Below, piece by piece: positions 24,656-37,083 of a DNA stretch of 64,000 nt; position 1 is the first letter of the stretch, and the number at the start of each line of letters is the position of its first letter. The notes beneath the pieces were generated by a model. The model made no database searches. It had not been told where the DNA came from and saw only the letters and a program-made list of their open reading frames with translations. The stretch covers positions 111,788,001 to 111,852,000 of the forward strand of contig NC_086107.1 in NCBI RefSeq assembly GCF_963921235.1, given 5' to 3'. The position numbers and the translations under genes were made by a program. Origin of the DNA: Mobula hypostoma. Lineage: Eukaryota.

Positions 24656-26059
24656 AGTGTTTATGGGTTCAATGCCCATTCAGAAATCGGATGGCAGAGG
24701 GGGAAAATCTGTTCCCGAATCACTGAATGTGTATCTTCAGGCTACTGTACCTCCCTCTCAATGGTGACAATGAGAAGAGAACACATCCTGTGTGGTGGGA
24801 GTCCTTAATGATGGACGCCGCTCCTTGAAAGAAGTCTTGGATACTACAGAGGTTGGATGGAGCTGACTAATTTTACAACTCTCTGCAGCTTACTTTGATC
24901 CTGTGGAGAAGCACTGTTCCCCATTCCAGACGGTGATGCAGCCAGTCAGAATGCTCCCCATAGTACATTTGTAGAAGTTTCCGAGTGTTTTAGGTGACAA
25001 ATTAAATCTCCTCAAACTCCTAATGAAATATAGTCACTGTTTTGCCTTCTTTATAGCCACATCGACATGTTGGGACCAGGCTAGGTCCTCGGAGATACTG
25101 ACACCCAGGAACTTGAAGTTGCTCATTCTCCCCTCTTCTGAGCCCTCCAGGAGTACGAATGGTACTAATGCATGGATTCCCTGTCCTGGAGGTGATTTGA
25201 TGTGTTGGTGCACAAAGAGCTTTATTGTGAGTCTCACCCGTTATAAGGCTTACCTGAGAAAATTTGAATGGGCCCTACAGAAGCTGCTTCATAATGAATT
25301 TAAGATGCAGTTTTCCTACTCTAGGGTTTGCAAGTGAGTGAGCTTTCCGGTAAACCTAATCAATGGTGGTCACGTCTGTCCCGGGACACTTAATCCTCTT
25401 CACTCTCCCCTGGTTCCTCCCTTTCTTATCAAACAGCTCACTGGCAATTCATAAAGCAAGAAATACCAACAAAATACTTTATGAATAACACTTTTTCTGT
25501 AAAAATATATGGTAAGCTTTAGACCTATCTCCTTTAAATTTCCACAACCACCAGCCTTACTAAATAAATAAATAGTGCAAGAAAGATGGGTAATGAGGCT
25601 GTGTTCATGAGTTCACGGACGATACAGAAATCTGATGCTGTTTCTGAATCATTGAGTGCGAGTCTTCAGGCTCTTGGACCTTCTCCCTGATGGTAGTGAT
25701 GAGACGATGGCATGTCCTGGATGGTGATGGATGCCATCTTCTGAAGATGTCCTCAGTGGTGGAGAGGGTTGTGCCTGCTGATAGAACCGCCCGAGCCTCT
25801 GACTCTCCACTGACTCCTGCAGTCCCGTGCATTGGCGACTCCATACCAGGCTGTGATACAACCAATCAGAGTGCTCTCTGTCATACATCTATAGAAATCT
25901 GCAAGAGTTTTTGGTGACATACAAATCTCCTCAAGTTCCTGATGAAGTAGAGCTTCAGCTGGCACAGTAGCACAGCAGTTGGCACAATGTTATCACAGTA
26001 CCAGCCGAAAGGTCAGGGTTCAATACCAGCCACTTCTGACAGATGTTTTTATGACAGCC

Positions 26060-29000
26060 CAATCGAATCGGGAGCGGGAGAGGAAGCACCAGGTTTGTGA
26101 TTGGGATTTAAAAAAGAAGAATTTGCGGTCTTTTGGCATTTTCCAGCGTTCCAATCAAATAGTGATTTGCAAAGGCAAATAAGAATAAGGTTGGGACAAG
26201 CAGACCAGCCATTGTTGGAGTGGACCAGTATTAGAGTAGGGATGCTTTGGCTCAACAGACTTGGGCAAGAAAAGGCTATGTGGGGTACATATCTGGTAAG
26301 TTTCCTCTTCTTCATTCTTCATTGTCTTCTGTTCATACATAGTTAGAGCAGTGAGGATGGCTCCAGAGTCTGCGTTGCGTTCTTCACGTGAGATGTGGAA
26401 ATCCTGGCCGACCTCCAGCCTCCTAGATAGCCACATCTGAACCAGGCGCACCGAACTGCAGCTTCTCAGAGAACGTGTCAAGGAAGTGGAGCTGCAGCTG
26501 GATGACCTTCGACTCATATGGGAAACTGAGGAGATGATAGATAGGAGCTACAGGGAGGTAGTCACCCCTACGTTGCAGGAGGCAGGTACCTGAGTGAGTG
26601 TCAGGAGAGGGAAGAGAAATGGGCAGCCAGTTCAGAGTACCCCTGTGGCAGTTCCCCTCAATAATAAGTAAAACACTTTGGCAACTGTTGGGAGGTGGAG
26701 GGGGGCAACCTACTTCTTGGCAAAGACTGGGTCAAAAGTCTGAGTCTAGCGCTGTGGCTCAGAAGGAAAGTGGGGAGAAGAGGACTACAGTAGTGATAGG
26801 GGATTCCATAGTTAGAGGAGTACATATGAGATTCTTGGATGCAGTAGAGACACCCGGATGGTGTGTTGCCTCCCAGGTACCAGGGTCAGGGACATCTCAG
26901 ATCAGGTTCACACAACATTCTAAAGGAGAAGGTGAGCAGCCAAAAGTCCTGGTACATATTGGCACCAATGACATAGGTAGAAAAAGAGAGGAGATCCTGA
27001 AGGGAGAATTTAGGGAGCTAGATAGAAAGCAGAAAAGCAGGACTTCCAGTCTGGTAATCTCTGGATTGCTGCCTGTGCCATATGCCAGTGAGGGTATGAA
27101 TAAGATGACTTGGCTGATGATTGTATGGCTGAGCAACTGGTGGAGGGGTCAGAGTTTTGGATTTCTGGAACGTTGGGATCTCAGGTAGGACCTGAACAAA
27201 AGGGACAGGTTATACCTGAACCTGAGGAGAACCAATATCCTTGCAGGCAGGTTTGCTAGATGTGTTGAGTGTTTAAACTAAATTGGTAGGGGAATGGGAA
27301 CCAGTATGACAGGACTGGACATGGAGCAGTTGGTATGCAAGCAGAGGCAGTGTGTAGTGAGACTGTCGGAAAGGGCAAAATTGCAGTCAGTGGGATGAGT
27401 TGAAGTGTAACAGGGGGACAAAGTTGAAAGGGGTGATGAATACAGTGCTGAAGGTGTTATATTTGAATGCACACAGTAAACAGAATAAGGTAGATGATCT
27501 TGTGGCACAGTTAGAGATTGGCAGATATGATATTGTGGGCATCACTGAGTCACGGCTGAAAGAAGATTATGTTTGAGAGATTCACATCCAAAGGTACACA
27601 CTGTATCAAAAGGACAGTCAATTAGGCAGAGGAGGTGGTGTGGATCCGTTGGTAAAAAATGAAATAAAATCCTTGAAAATAGGTGACATCGGAACAGACG
27701 ATGTAGAATCCTTGTGGGAAGAGTTAAGGAACTGTAAGGGTAAAAAGATCCTGATGGGAGTTATATGCAAGCTTCTCAACAGTAGCCAGAATGTGGGCTA
27801 CAAGTTACAACAGGAGATAAAAAATACATGCCAAACAGGCAATGTTATGATAGTGATTGAGGATTTCAATATGCAGATAGATTGGGAAAATCAGGTTGGT
27901 GCTGATTTTGGATCCCAAGAGAGAGAATTTGTGGAATCCTTATGGGATGGCTTTTTAGAGCAGCTTGTGGTTGAGCCTATATAGGGGATCAGCTGTTCTG
28001 GATTGGGTGTTGTGTAATGAATCAGATTTAATTAGTGAGCTTAAGGTAAAGGAACCCTTAAGAGATAGGGCCTATAATATGACAGACTTCACCCTGAAAT
28101 ATGAGAGGGAGAAGCTAAAGTCAAATGTATCAGTATTACAATGGAGGAAAGGCAATGACAGAGGCATGACAGGGGAGCTGACCAAAGTTGATTGCAATGG
28201 GACACTAGCAGAACAGCAATGGTTGGACTTTTTGGGAACAATTCTGAAGGTACAGGATAGATACATACCTGTGTACATACATTATTGATGCTTCTGGACA
28301 CGTCTTCAGTGATGTTCCTGGAATCACCGGGTGTTTCGGATCTTTCAATGTCATACAATCTCCTCCAGGTGACCCAGCCGGGGCTGATCAGGCTCCAGCT
28401 TGTGTCCAGATGGCTAGCTACTTATGACTCCATGGCTCCCCTCCTTTGAGCCATAGCCACCTTGAGGCCCTCTCTGCTGCATCGGTGGTACTGCGGATGG
28501 CTCTCCCCTTCCTCTCTCCCTCGATGCCCAAAATGCTGAAGGCTCTAACTAAGGAACGGGCTACAAATCCCCTACAACCAACCTCCACTGAGAGACACCT
28601 TGCTCTCCATCTAGCCTGCTGACAGTTGCTGACCAGTCCTGCGTACTTGGAGAGCTTCCTTTCGAAGGCCTCCTCCAAGCTATCTTCCCATGGGACTGTC
28701 AGCTCCAGCAGCACCACTTGCTTAGTAGACTCAGACACTAGGACAATGTCTAGTCGCAGGGTGGTGGCTGTGATATGGTTGGGGAACTTCAGCTGCCCTT
28801 CGAGGTCCACCAACAGCTGCCAGTCCCTTGCAGGGGTCAGAATGCCTGCAGATGTCCTTTTGGCAGGTATTGGCTGCTCCCCAGCTCTGACAAAGGCAAT
28901 GGTCTGCTTGGAGGGGCGGGACCACTTCACCCACTCAACTCCTGCGCTGCCGGCTTCAGTGATGGTCTTCAGGATCTGATCATGCCTCCACCTGTACTGT

Positions 29001-29570
29001 CCCTCACCAAGTGCCCTTGTGCAGCCGCTGAGGATGTGCTCCAGGGTTCCTCGCTTGGAGCACAGTGGGCACGCAGATGACTCTGCCTTGCCCCATGTGT
29101 GCAGGTTTGATGGGCTTGGAAGCACATCGTACACTGCCTGGATGAGAAATTGGATGCGGTGTGGTTCGGCTTTCCAAAGATCAGTACCAAAAAACATGAA
29201 GTATTCTAAAGATTGGTTGATACAACCATGGCAGACAATGGAAGTCAACGCCAATGTAAAAGCAAAAGAGGGGGCATATTACAGAGCAATAATTAGTGGG
29301 AAGCTTTTAAAAACTAATTGAAGGCAACTAAAAAAGTCATAAGGAGGAAAAAGATGAAATATGAAGGTAAGCTAGCCAATAATATCAAAGAGGATACTAG
29401 ATGCTTTTCAGATATCTAAAAAGTAAAATAGAGGCGAGAGTATCTATTGAACCACTGAAAAATGATGCTGGAGGGTTAGTAATGGGGGACAAGGAAATAG
29501 TGGATGAAATGGATAAATATTTTGCATCACTCGTCAGCGAAGAAGACACTAACATTATGTCGGGAGTTCA
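26060..29570 (+). mobile_element. CR1 LINE 5' half (ORF1 SGNH esterase, ORF2 APE endonuclease), decayed and split by a HERO-like insertion
   Basis: VVIGDSIVRG and HIGTNDIG (ORF1 esterase); IEDFNMQIDW and AVLDWVLCNE (APE); sequence resumes after about 29185. Confidence 0.88.
28270..29182 (-). mobile_element. HERO-like RLE non-LTR retrotransposon 3' fragment (copy A)
   Basis: CPLC..HILSGC zinc knuckle, YRWRHD, LRLDIVL..LLELTVPWE..ERKLSKY, VEVGCRGF: restriction-like endonuclease domain. The first ~23 residues of the listed ORF come from flanking CR1. Confidence 0.88.
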
Positions 29571-29609
29571 AGTTTGTATGTTCTCCCTGTGATCACATGG
29601 GTTTCCATA

Positions 29610-30110
29610 AGACCATAAGATATAGGAGCAGAATTAGGCCATTTGGCCCATCGAGTCTGCTCCACCATTTTATCATGGCTGATCTATTATTTTTCTCAGC
29701 AGCAATCTCTTGCTTTCTTCCCGTATCCCTTCATACCCTAACCAATCAAGGATCTATCAACCTCTGCCTTAAATATACATAAAAACTTGACGTCCACAGC
29801 TGCCTGTACCAAAGAATTCCACCGATTCACCACTCTCTGGCTAAAGAAATTCCTCCTCATCTCCGTTCTAAAAGGATGGCCCTCTATTCTGAGGCTGTAT
29901 CCTCTGGTCTTAGACTCTCCCATCATAGGATACATCCTCTCCACGTTCACTCTATCTAGGCCTTTCACCATTCAATAAGTTTCAATGAGGTCACCCCTCA
30001 TTCTTCTGAACTCTAGTGAAAACAGGCCCAGAGCCATCAGATGGTCTTCATATGACAAGGCTGTTCAATCCTGGAATCATTTTCGTGAACCTCCTTTGAA
30101 CCCTTTCCAG
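29610..30110 (-). mobile_element. CR1 3' fragment
   Basis: KGLDRVNVERM..TRGYSLR..RRNFFSQRVVNRWNSL; (ccataaga)n tail on the + strand. Confidence 0.85.
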
Positions 30111-30374
30111 TTTCCTCCCATATTCCAAAGACATACAGGTTAGTGTTGATGAGTTGTGGGTGTGCTATATTGGCACTGGGAGTGTGGCAACATTTGTGTG
30201 CTGCCAAGCACAGTCCTCGATGATTTAACTTGATGTAACTGATGCATTTCACGGTATGCTTCGATATACCGATGTCAAAACTAATCTCTTGCCTTATTGC
30301 ACGTGCGTCTAGAGAGGTCTGCTTCTTAACTGGGCACCTAAATCCTCATATTAACTATATAAAAATTTTTTTGC

Positions 30375-31740
30375 CCTGCCTACGTTATGACGAAATCAGG
30401 CAGGAAGTGGTCAGCCCGTGTAGCAGTTGATGAATCAGAGTCTAGATTGAAGCACAAGGAGACGGTTGGGGCTATCCAGCTAGGCCGCCAGGGACTTGGA
30501 TGGACAACCCACAAGTGGTGGTCATCTTCTACAGGTAAGGAGCGCCGTGAGCTTGTAACACAAGAAATACGAGAGGTAGAAGAGGAGAAGAGGTTAACTA
30601 AAACAGCTGGCCTGGCCAAACAAGGGGCTTGGACCCGGTGGGAAAGTGTTGAACAACAACATCTATCTTGGAATGTTCTGTGGCAGATGGAACTGCTCCG
30701 CATTTCTTTTCTATGCAGAGCAGCGCACAATCTGCTCCCAACACCTGCCAACCTCAGCACCTGGTATGAAGGTAAGACAGACAGGTGTGCTGCTTGTGGC
30801 GAGAAGGGAACACTTCAACATATTTTGAGTGCATGCAGAGTCAATCTTTCCAGCGGCCTGTACACTTGGAGACATAACAACGTTCTCAAAGTTGTAACAG
30901 AAGCGGCTGAGCAGAGAGTACTGCAGCACAACTTATTTCATGCCCCATGCTGCACAGAACATCGTATTTCATTTGTGAAAGAAGGCTCCAAGTCAAGGGT
31001 GTACAGTGCAGGCTCACGATCAAGCATACTTTCTTCAGCCAATGATTGGTGTGTCAAGACTGACCTGGACGGGAAAGGCAGTTTCCCGGAGCAAATAGCT
31101 TTCACCACATTGCGTCCGGATATAATGGTATGGTCTGACACCAGCAGAGAAGCGGTTAATGGTGAACTCACAGTCCCCTGGGAAGACAACATCGATGAAG
31201 CCCATGAGCGCAAGTTAACCAAGTATGCAGAATTAAGATCAGAGTGCAGAGACAGAGGGTGGAAGGTCTCATGCTACCCATTTGAGTAGGCTGCCGTGGG
31301 TTTATTGCGTTAACTTTCCAGAAGTGGCTGCATGACCTTGGCTTCACTAGAAGAGAGATCAAGTCAACCAGCAGGGCTGTAGCTGAGGCAGCAGAGACAG
31401 GATCAGCATGGGTATGGACCAAGTATGTCCAGAGGGGCAGATAGTCAGACAGTGTATACATGTCTTGCAAACCCTTCAGTAGTTGCATAGACACCTGAAG
31501 AGCAGACTATCTGTTGGATGGAAGTGACCAACAACTCTGATAGAGGCAGATGCCAAGTTTTTAAGCTCACCAGTGGAAGGTGGTGCTTTAGCACTGCTGG
31601 CCCACCACCTCGAGGGAGCCTTGATCATAAGTGGGCCGAAACTCCTGAAGACAGGTGGCAGATCAACTGATGATCCTACTGGTGATAGCACAGGACAGTT
31701 AACACCTTAGTCCACGTGTATTTTCAGTTCATTCTGGTAC
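30375..31740 (+). mobile_element. HERO-like RLE non-LTR retrotransposon 3' fragment, second family (copy B)
   Basis: GRQGLG, QGAWTRWE, CAAC..HILSAC, YTWRHN, LRPDIMVW..ELTVPWE..ERKLTKY; a 1-bp frameshift precedes VGCRGF; stop near 31444. Confidence 0.9.
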
Positions 31741-34083
31741 CTACATGTACCATGACCACTGCATCTTCTTGCCCCTAGCCCAGAGTAAATGTCAGAAGCT
31801 CTGGCATTGCTTGCCAGTCTCCTGTTCTTTAAGGCTCCTCTGTAGAGAGAGAGTTAAGTGTGCCAGGATTCTGTGAGTTCACAGATGACATCACCTGGTC
31901 CCTTAACCTGAACAAGAAGGCACAGCAGTGCTTCCACTTCCGAAGGAGATTGAGTCGAGCAAGGCTCCCTCCCAATCTTAACTGAATTCAATAGGACCAC
32001 CTTTGTATGTAATGTTGGCTGGAGTCTACCATTACTGCAGGACTTGCATGCATCAGGAAAAGTAACTGGGCAGGATAAAATCGTTGTGGACACTACCCAC
32101 CCTGCAAACTGTCTTTTCCAAAAGCTCCCTTCTGGAAAGTGCTACAGGGCTATTAAAACAAAAACTTTACACCATCTTAAAACTTTCTTCCCCCAGTCAG
32201 TTAATCTGATCAACCATTCTTTAGTTAGCCCCCCACACCCCCCTTTATCTATTACCCCATCACTGCACAGCACTGTGAACACTTTAAATGACTTTTTTAT
32301 AAAGCTGTTTACATTTTAAATACATGCTAGTATTTACGTATTTATGCACAATTCATTCCATGTCATATTCTAAATTTATTTTTACATAATTCTCTATTCT
32401 TTCATCGTTGCTTTTCGTTACAGGTCGTTCCAACACACCACAGCAAATTCCCAATCCGCTTATCCTGCCATTCGTGCTCTGGGTATTATTTATTTACTTT
32501 TTAAAAATTATTTGCACATTTGTTCTTTGTCGCACGTTGGATGTTTATTTGTCTTTGTTGTATGTGGTTTTTCATGGATTCCAATGTGTTTTGTGGCTGT
32601 CTGTAAGAAGATGAATCTCAGGGCTGTATACGGTATACATACTTTGAAAATAAATTACTTTGAGCTTTGAAATGTACGGTATATAGCAAATGAAGTTGAT
32701 CCTTGAAATTGGTACACAAGTGATATATCATGGCTGCAACACGTGGGAGCCACTCGACACTGGCGTGATGCTAACTGCTGTGTTTGTAGCTTAAGGAGCT
32801 TTGGCTCTGGGTAGCCGAGCTGGAGGCCAAGCGGTAGATGCATCAGGGAGCAGAGAAGGTACATGGGTGACAAGAAACGTAGAACATAGGACATAGAAGA
32901 GTACAGCACAGGACAGGCTATTCGGCCCACAATGTTGTGCCGAACCAGCTAAAAAGCAAATCAAATATACCCAAACACTAATCCCTCTTACCTACACAAA
33001 GTCCATATCCTTACATTCATGTGCCTATCCAAACGTCTCTCAAAAGCCTCTAATGCAGCACATTCAAATCAAGTCAAGTCAAGGCAAGTCAAGTCACTTT
33101 TTATTGTCATTTCAACCATAACTACTGGTACAGTACACAGTAAAAACGAGATAACATTTTTCAGGACCATAGTGCTACATGAACAATACAAAAACTACAC
33201 TGAACTACGTAAAGAACAACACAAAACTACACTAGACTACAGACCTACCCAGGACTGCATAAAGTGCACAAAACAGTGCAGGCATTACAATAAATAATAA
33301 ACAAGACAATAGGCACAGTAGAGGGCAGTAGGTTGGTGTCAGTCCAGGCTCTGGGTATTGAGCAGTCTGATGGCTTGGGGGAAGAAACTGTTACATAGTC
33401 TGGTCGTGAGAGCCCGAATACTTCGGTACCTTTTGCCAGATGGCAGGAGGGAGAAGAGTTCTTATGAGTGGTACGTAGGGTCCTTCAAAATGCTGTTTGC
33501 TTCTAGGTATCCATGACTCAGGCAGTGCATTTCAGGCATCCATGATTCTCTGAGAGAAAAACTTACCCCTCTCGTCCCCCTTGAACCTACCCCCTCTCAC
33601 CTCCAATGCATGTCCCCTGGTACTAGACATTTCAATTCTGGGAAACTGATACTGGATTCGGCCCAGTACATCACGGGTAAAACCCTTCCAACCATTGAGC
33701 ACATCAACATGAAACATCATCGCAGGAAAGCAGCATCCACCATCAGAGATCGTCACCACCCAGGCCATGCTCTTTCTCGCTGCTGCCACCAGGTAGAAGG
33801 TACAAGGGGCTCAGGACTCACACCACCAGGTTCAGGAACAGTTACTACCCCACAACCATCAGGCTCTAGAATAAAGAGGGATAACTGCACTCATTCTATT
33901 TCTAGTGCTCCACAACCAAATGTGATAGGGAGAAACAAAAGTCTGACGTAGCAATATTTCAGTGGAGTAAGGGAAATTACGGTGGTATGAGGGAGGAGTT
34001 GGCCAAAGTAAATTGGAAGAAACTGCTGGCAGGAATGACAGCACAGCAGCAATGGCAGCATTTCTGGGGAAAATGAGGAAGAT

Positions 34084-35583
34084 TTTTCAAAACTCGTTAG
34101 ATTCTGGACTAGTTCCTGAGGATTGGAGGGTGGCTAATGTAACCCCACTTTTTAAAAAAGGAGGGAGAGAGAAACCGGGGAATTATAGGCCAGTTAGCCT
34201 AACGTCGGTGGTGGGGAAACTGCTGGAGTCAGTTATCAAGGATGTGATAACAGCACATTTGGAAAGCGGTGAAATGATCAGACAAAGTCAGCATGGATTT
34301 GTGAAAGGAAAATCATGTCTGACGAATCTCATAGAATTTTTTGAGGATGTAACTAGTAGAGTGGATAGGGGAGAACCAGTGGATGTGGTATATTTGGATT
34401 TTCAAAAGGCTTTTGACAAGGTCCCACACAGGAGATTAGTGTGCAAACTTAAAGCACACGGTATTGGGTGTAAGATATTGGTGTGGGTGGAGAATTGGTT
34501 AGCAGACAGGAAGCAAAGAGTGGGAATAAACGGGACCTTTTCAGAATGGCAGGCGGTGACTAGTGGGGTACCGCAAGGCTCAGTGCTGGGACCCCAGTTG
34601 TTTACAATATATATTAATGACTTGGATGAGGGAATTAAATGCAGCATCTCCAAGTTTGCGGATGACACGAAGCTGGGTGGCAGTGTTAGCAGTGAGGAGG
34701 ATGCTAAGAGGATGCAGGGTGACTTGGATAGGTTGGGTGAGTGGGCAAACTCATGGCAGATGCAATTTAATGTGGATAAATGTGAAGTTATCCACTTTGG
34801 TGGAAAAATAGGAAAACAGATTATTATCTGAATGGTGGCCGATTAGGAAAAGGGGAGGTGCAACGAGACCTGGGTGTCATTATACACCAGTCATTGAAAG
34901 TGGGCATGCAGATACAGCAGGCGGTGAAAAAGGCGAACGGTATACTGGCATTTATAGCGAGAGGATTCGAGTACAGGAGCAGGGAGGTACTACTGCAGTT
35001 GTACAAGGCCTTGGTGAGACCACACCTGGAGTATTGTGTGCAGTTTTGGTCCCCTAATCTGAGGAAAGACATCCTTGCCATAGAGGGAGTACAAAGAAGG
35101 TTCACCAGATTGATTCCTGGGATGGCAGGTCTTTCATATGAAGAAAGACTGGATGAACTGGGCTTGTACTCATTGGAATTTAGAAGATTGAGGGGGGATC
35201 TGATTGAAACGTATAAGATCCTAAAGGGATTGGACAGGCTAGATGCAGGAAGATTGTTCCCGATGTTGGGGAGTTCCAGAACGAGGGGTCACAGTTTGAG
35301 GATAGAGGGGAAGCCTTTTAGGACCGAGATTAGGAAAAACTTCTTCACACAGAGAGTGGTGAATCTGTGGAATTCTCTGCCACAGCAAACTGTTGAGGCC
35401 AGTTCATTGGCTATGTTTAAGAGGGAGTTAGATATGGCCCTTGTGGCTACAGGGGTCAGGGGGTATGGAGGGAAGGCTGGGTTCTGAGTTGGATGATCAG
35501 CCATGATCATAATAAATGGCGGTGCAGGCTCAAAGGGCCGAATGGCCTACTCCTGCACCTATTTTCTATGTTTCTATGTTTCT
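34084..35583 (+). mobile_element. Young 5'-truncated CR1 (RT to 3' end)
   Basis: NYRPVSLTS, QHGF, YLDFQKAFD, GVPQGSVLGP, FADDTK, continuing to the stop at 35487 with one frameshift in an A-run near 34805; (tttctatg)n tail; aagat on both sides. Confidence 0.95.
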
Positions 35584-36879
35584 AAGATGCAGGACATGTG
35601 TATTCTAAAAATGAAGAAATACTCAAATGGCAAAATAGTTCAACCATGGCTGACAAGGGAAGTCTGAGCTAATGTAAAAACAAAAGAGAGGGCATACAAC
35701 AAACCAAATATTAGTGGGAAGATAGAGGATTGGGAAGTTTTTAAAAACCTACAAAAAGCAGCTAAAAGAATCATGAGAAGGGAAAAGATGAACTATGACA
35801 GCAAGCTAGCAAATAATATCAAAGTGGATAGTAAAAGCTTTTTCAAGTATGTAAAAAATAAAAGAGAGATGAGAATGGATATCAGACTGCTAGAAAATAA
35901 GAAATAATAACAGGGGACAAGGAAATGGCAGATGAAATAAATGAGTATTTTGCATCAGTCTTCACTGTGCAACACACTAGCAGTGTGCCAGATGTTGTAG
36001 TGTGTGAAGGAAGAGAAGTGGGTGCAGTTACTGTTACAAGGGAGAAGGTGCTCAAAAAGCTGAAAGACTTAAAAGTACAGAAGTCACCCAGACCAGATGA
36101 TCTGCACCCTAGGGTTCTGAAAGAGGTAGCGTTAGAGATTGTGGCAGCATTGGAAATGATCTTTCAAAAATCATTGGGCTCTGGCATGGTGCCAGAGGAC
36201 TGGAAAATTGCAAATGTCACTCCACTCTTTAAGAAGGAGGAAGGCAGCAGAAATGAAATTATAGACCTGTTAGCTTGACCTCAGTGGTTGGGAAGATGTT
36301 AGAGTCAATTGTTAAGGATGAGGTGATGGAGTACTTGGTGACACAGGACAAGATAGGACAAAGTTAGCATGGTTTCCTTAAGGGAAAATCCTGCCTGACG
36401 AGCCTGTTGGAATTCTTTGAGGAGATTACAAGTAGGATAGATAAAGGGGATACTGTGGATGTTGTATATTTGGACTTTCAGAAGGCCTTTGACAAGGTGC
36501 CACACATAAGGCTGCTTACCAAGTTAAGAGCCCGTGGTATTGCAGGAAAGTTACTAAGATGGTTGGCTGATTGGAAGAAGGCAAGTGAGTGGGATTAAAA
36601 GGATCCTTGTCTGGTTGGCTGCCAGTGACTAGTGGTGTTCCGCAGGGGTCGGTGTTGGGGCCGCTTCTTTTTATGCTGGATATAAATGATTTAGATGATG
36701 AAATAGATGGCAAATTTGCAGATGATACAAAGATTGGTGACGGGGCAGGTACTGTTGAGGAAACAGGTAGGATGCAGAAGGATTTAGACAGATTAGGAGA
36801 ATGGGCAAGAAAATGGCAAATGAAATACAATGTTGGAGAATGCAGGATCACGTACTTTGATAGTAGAAGTAAATGTGCG

Positions 36880-37083
36880 GACTCCGGGCCGTGGACCGAT
36901 ATCGGGCCGCAAAGAATGCGGCGGTAGCCAGAACACACCCAGCACATCTTTAAGAAAAAATCAGAAATAAACAAGCTAATTAATTAGGTGCCGCCTGGCT
37001 CATAACTGTTGGCCCAGATCTGGCTACCGCTGCATTCTTCGCGGCCTGGTATCGGTCCGTGGCCCAGAGGTTGGGGACCACTG
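36880..37083. mobile_element. hAT-Charlie-like foldback MITE, left end lost
   Basis: Long imperfect inverted arms; right end aggttggggaccactg followed by gtctagag (NTCTAGAN target). Confidence 0.7.

Larger units (their letters stand above)
19580..25140 (-). mobile_element. Old Rex/L2-like LINE 3' half that hosts the Gypsy and RTE insertions
   Basis: FKFLGVSISEDLAWSQHVD (ORF 25034-25237). Removing 19738-23873 and 23912-24664 rejoins a sequence matching uninterrupted copies such as 55680-55900. Confidence 0.75.
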
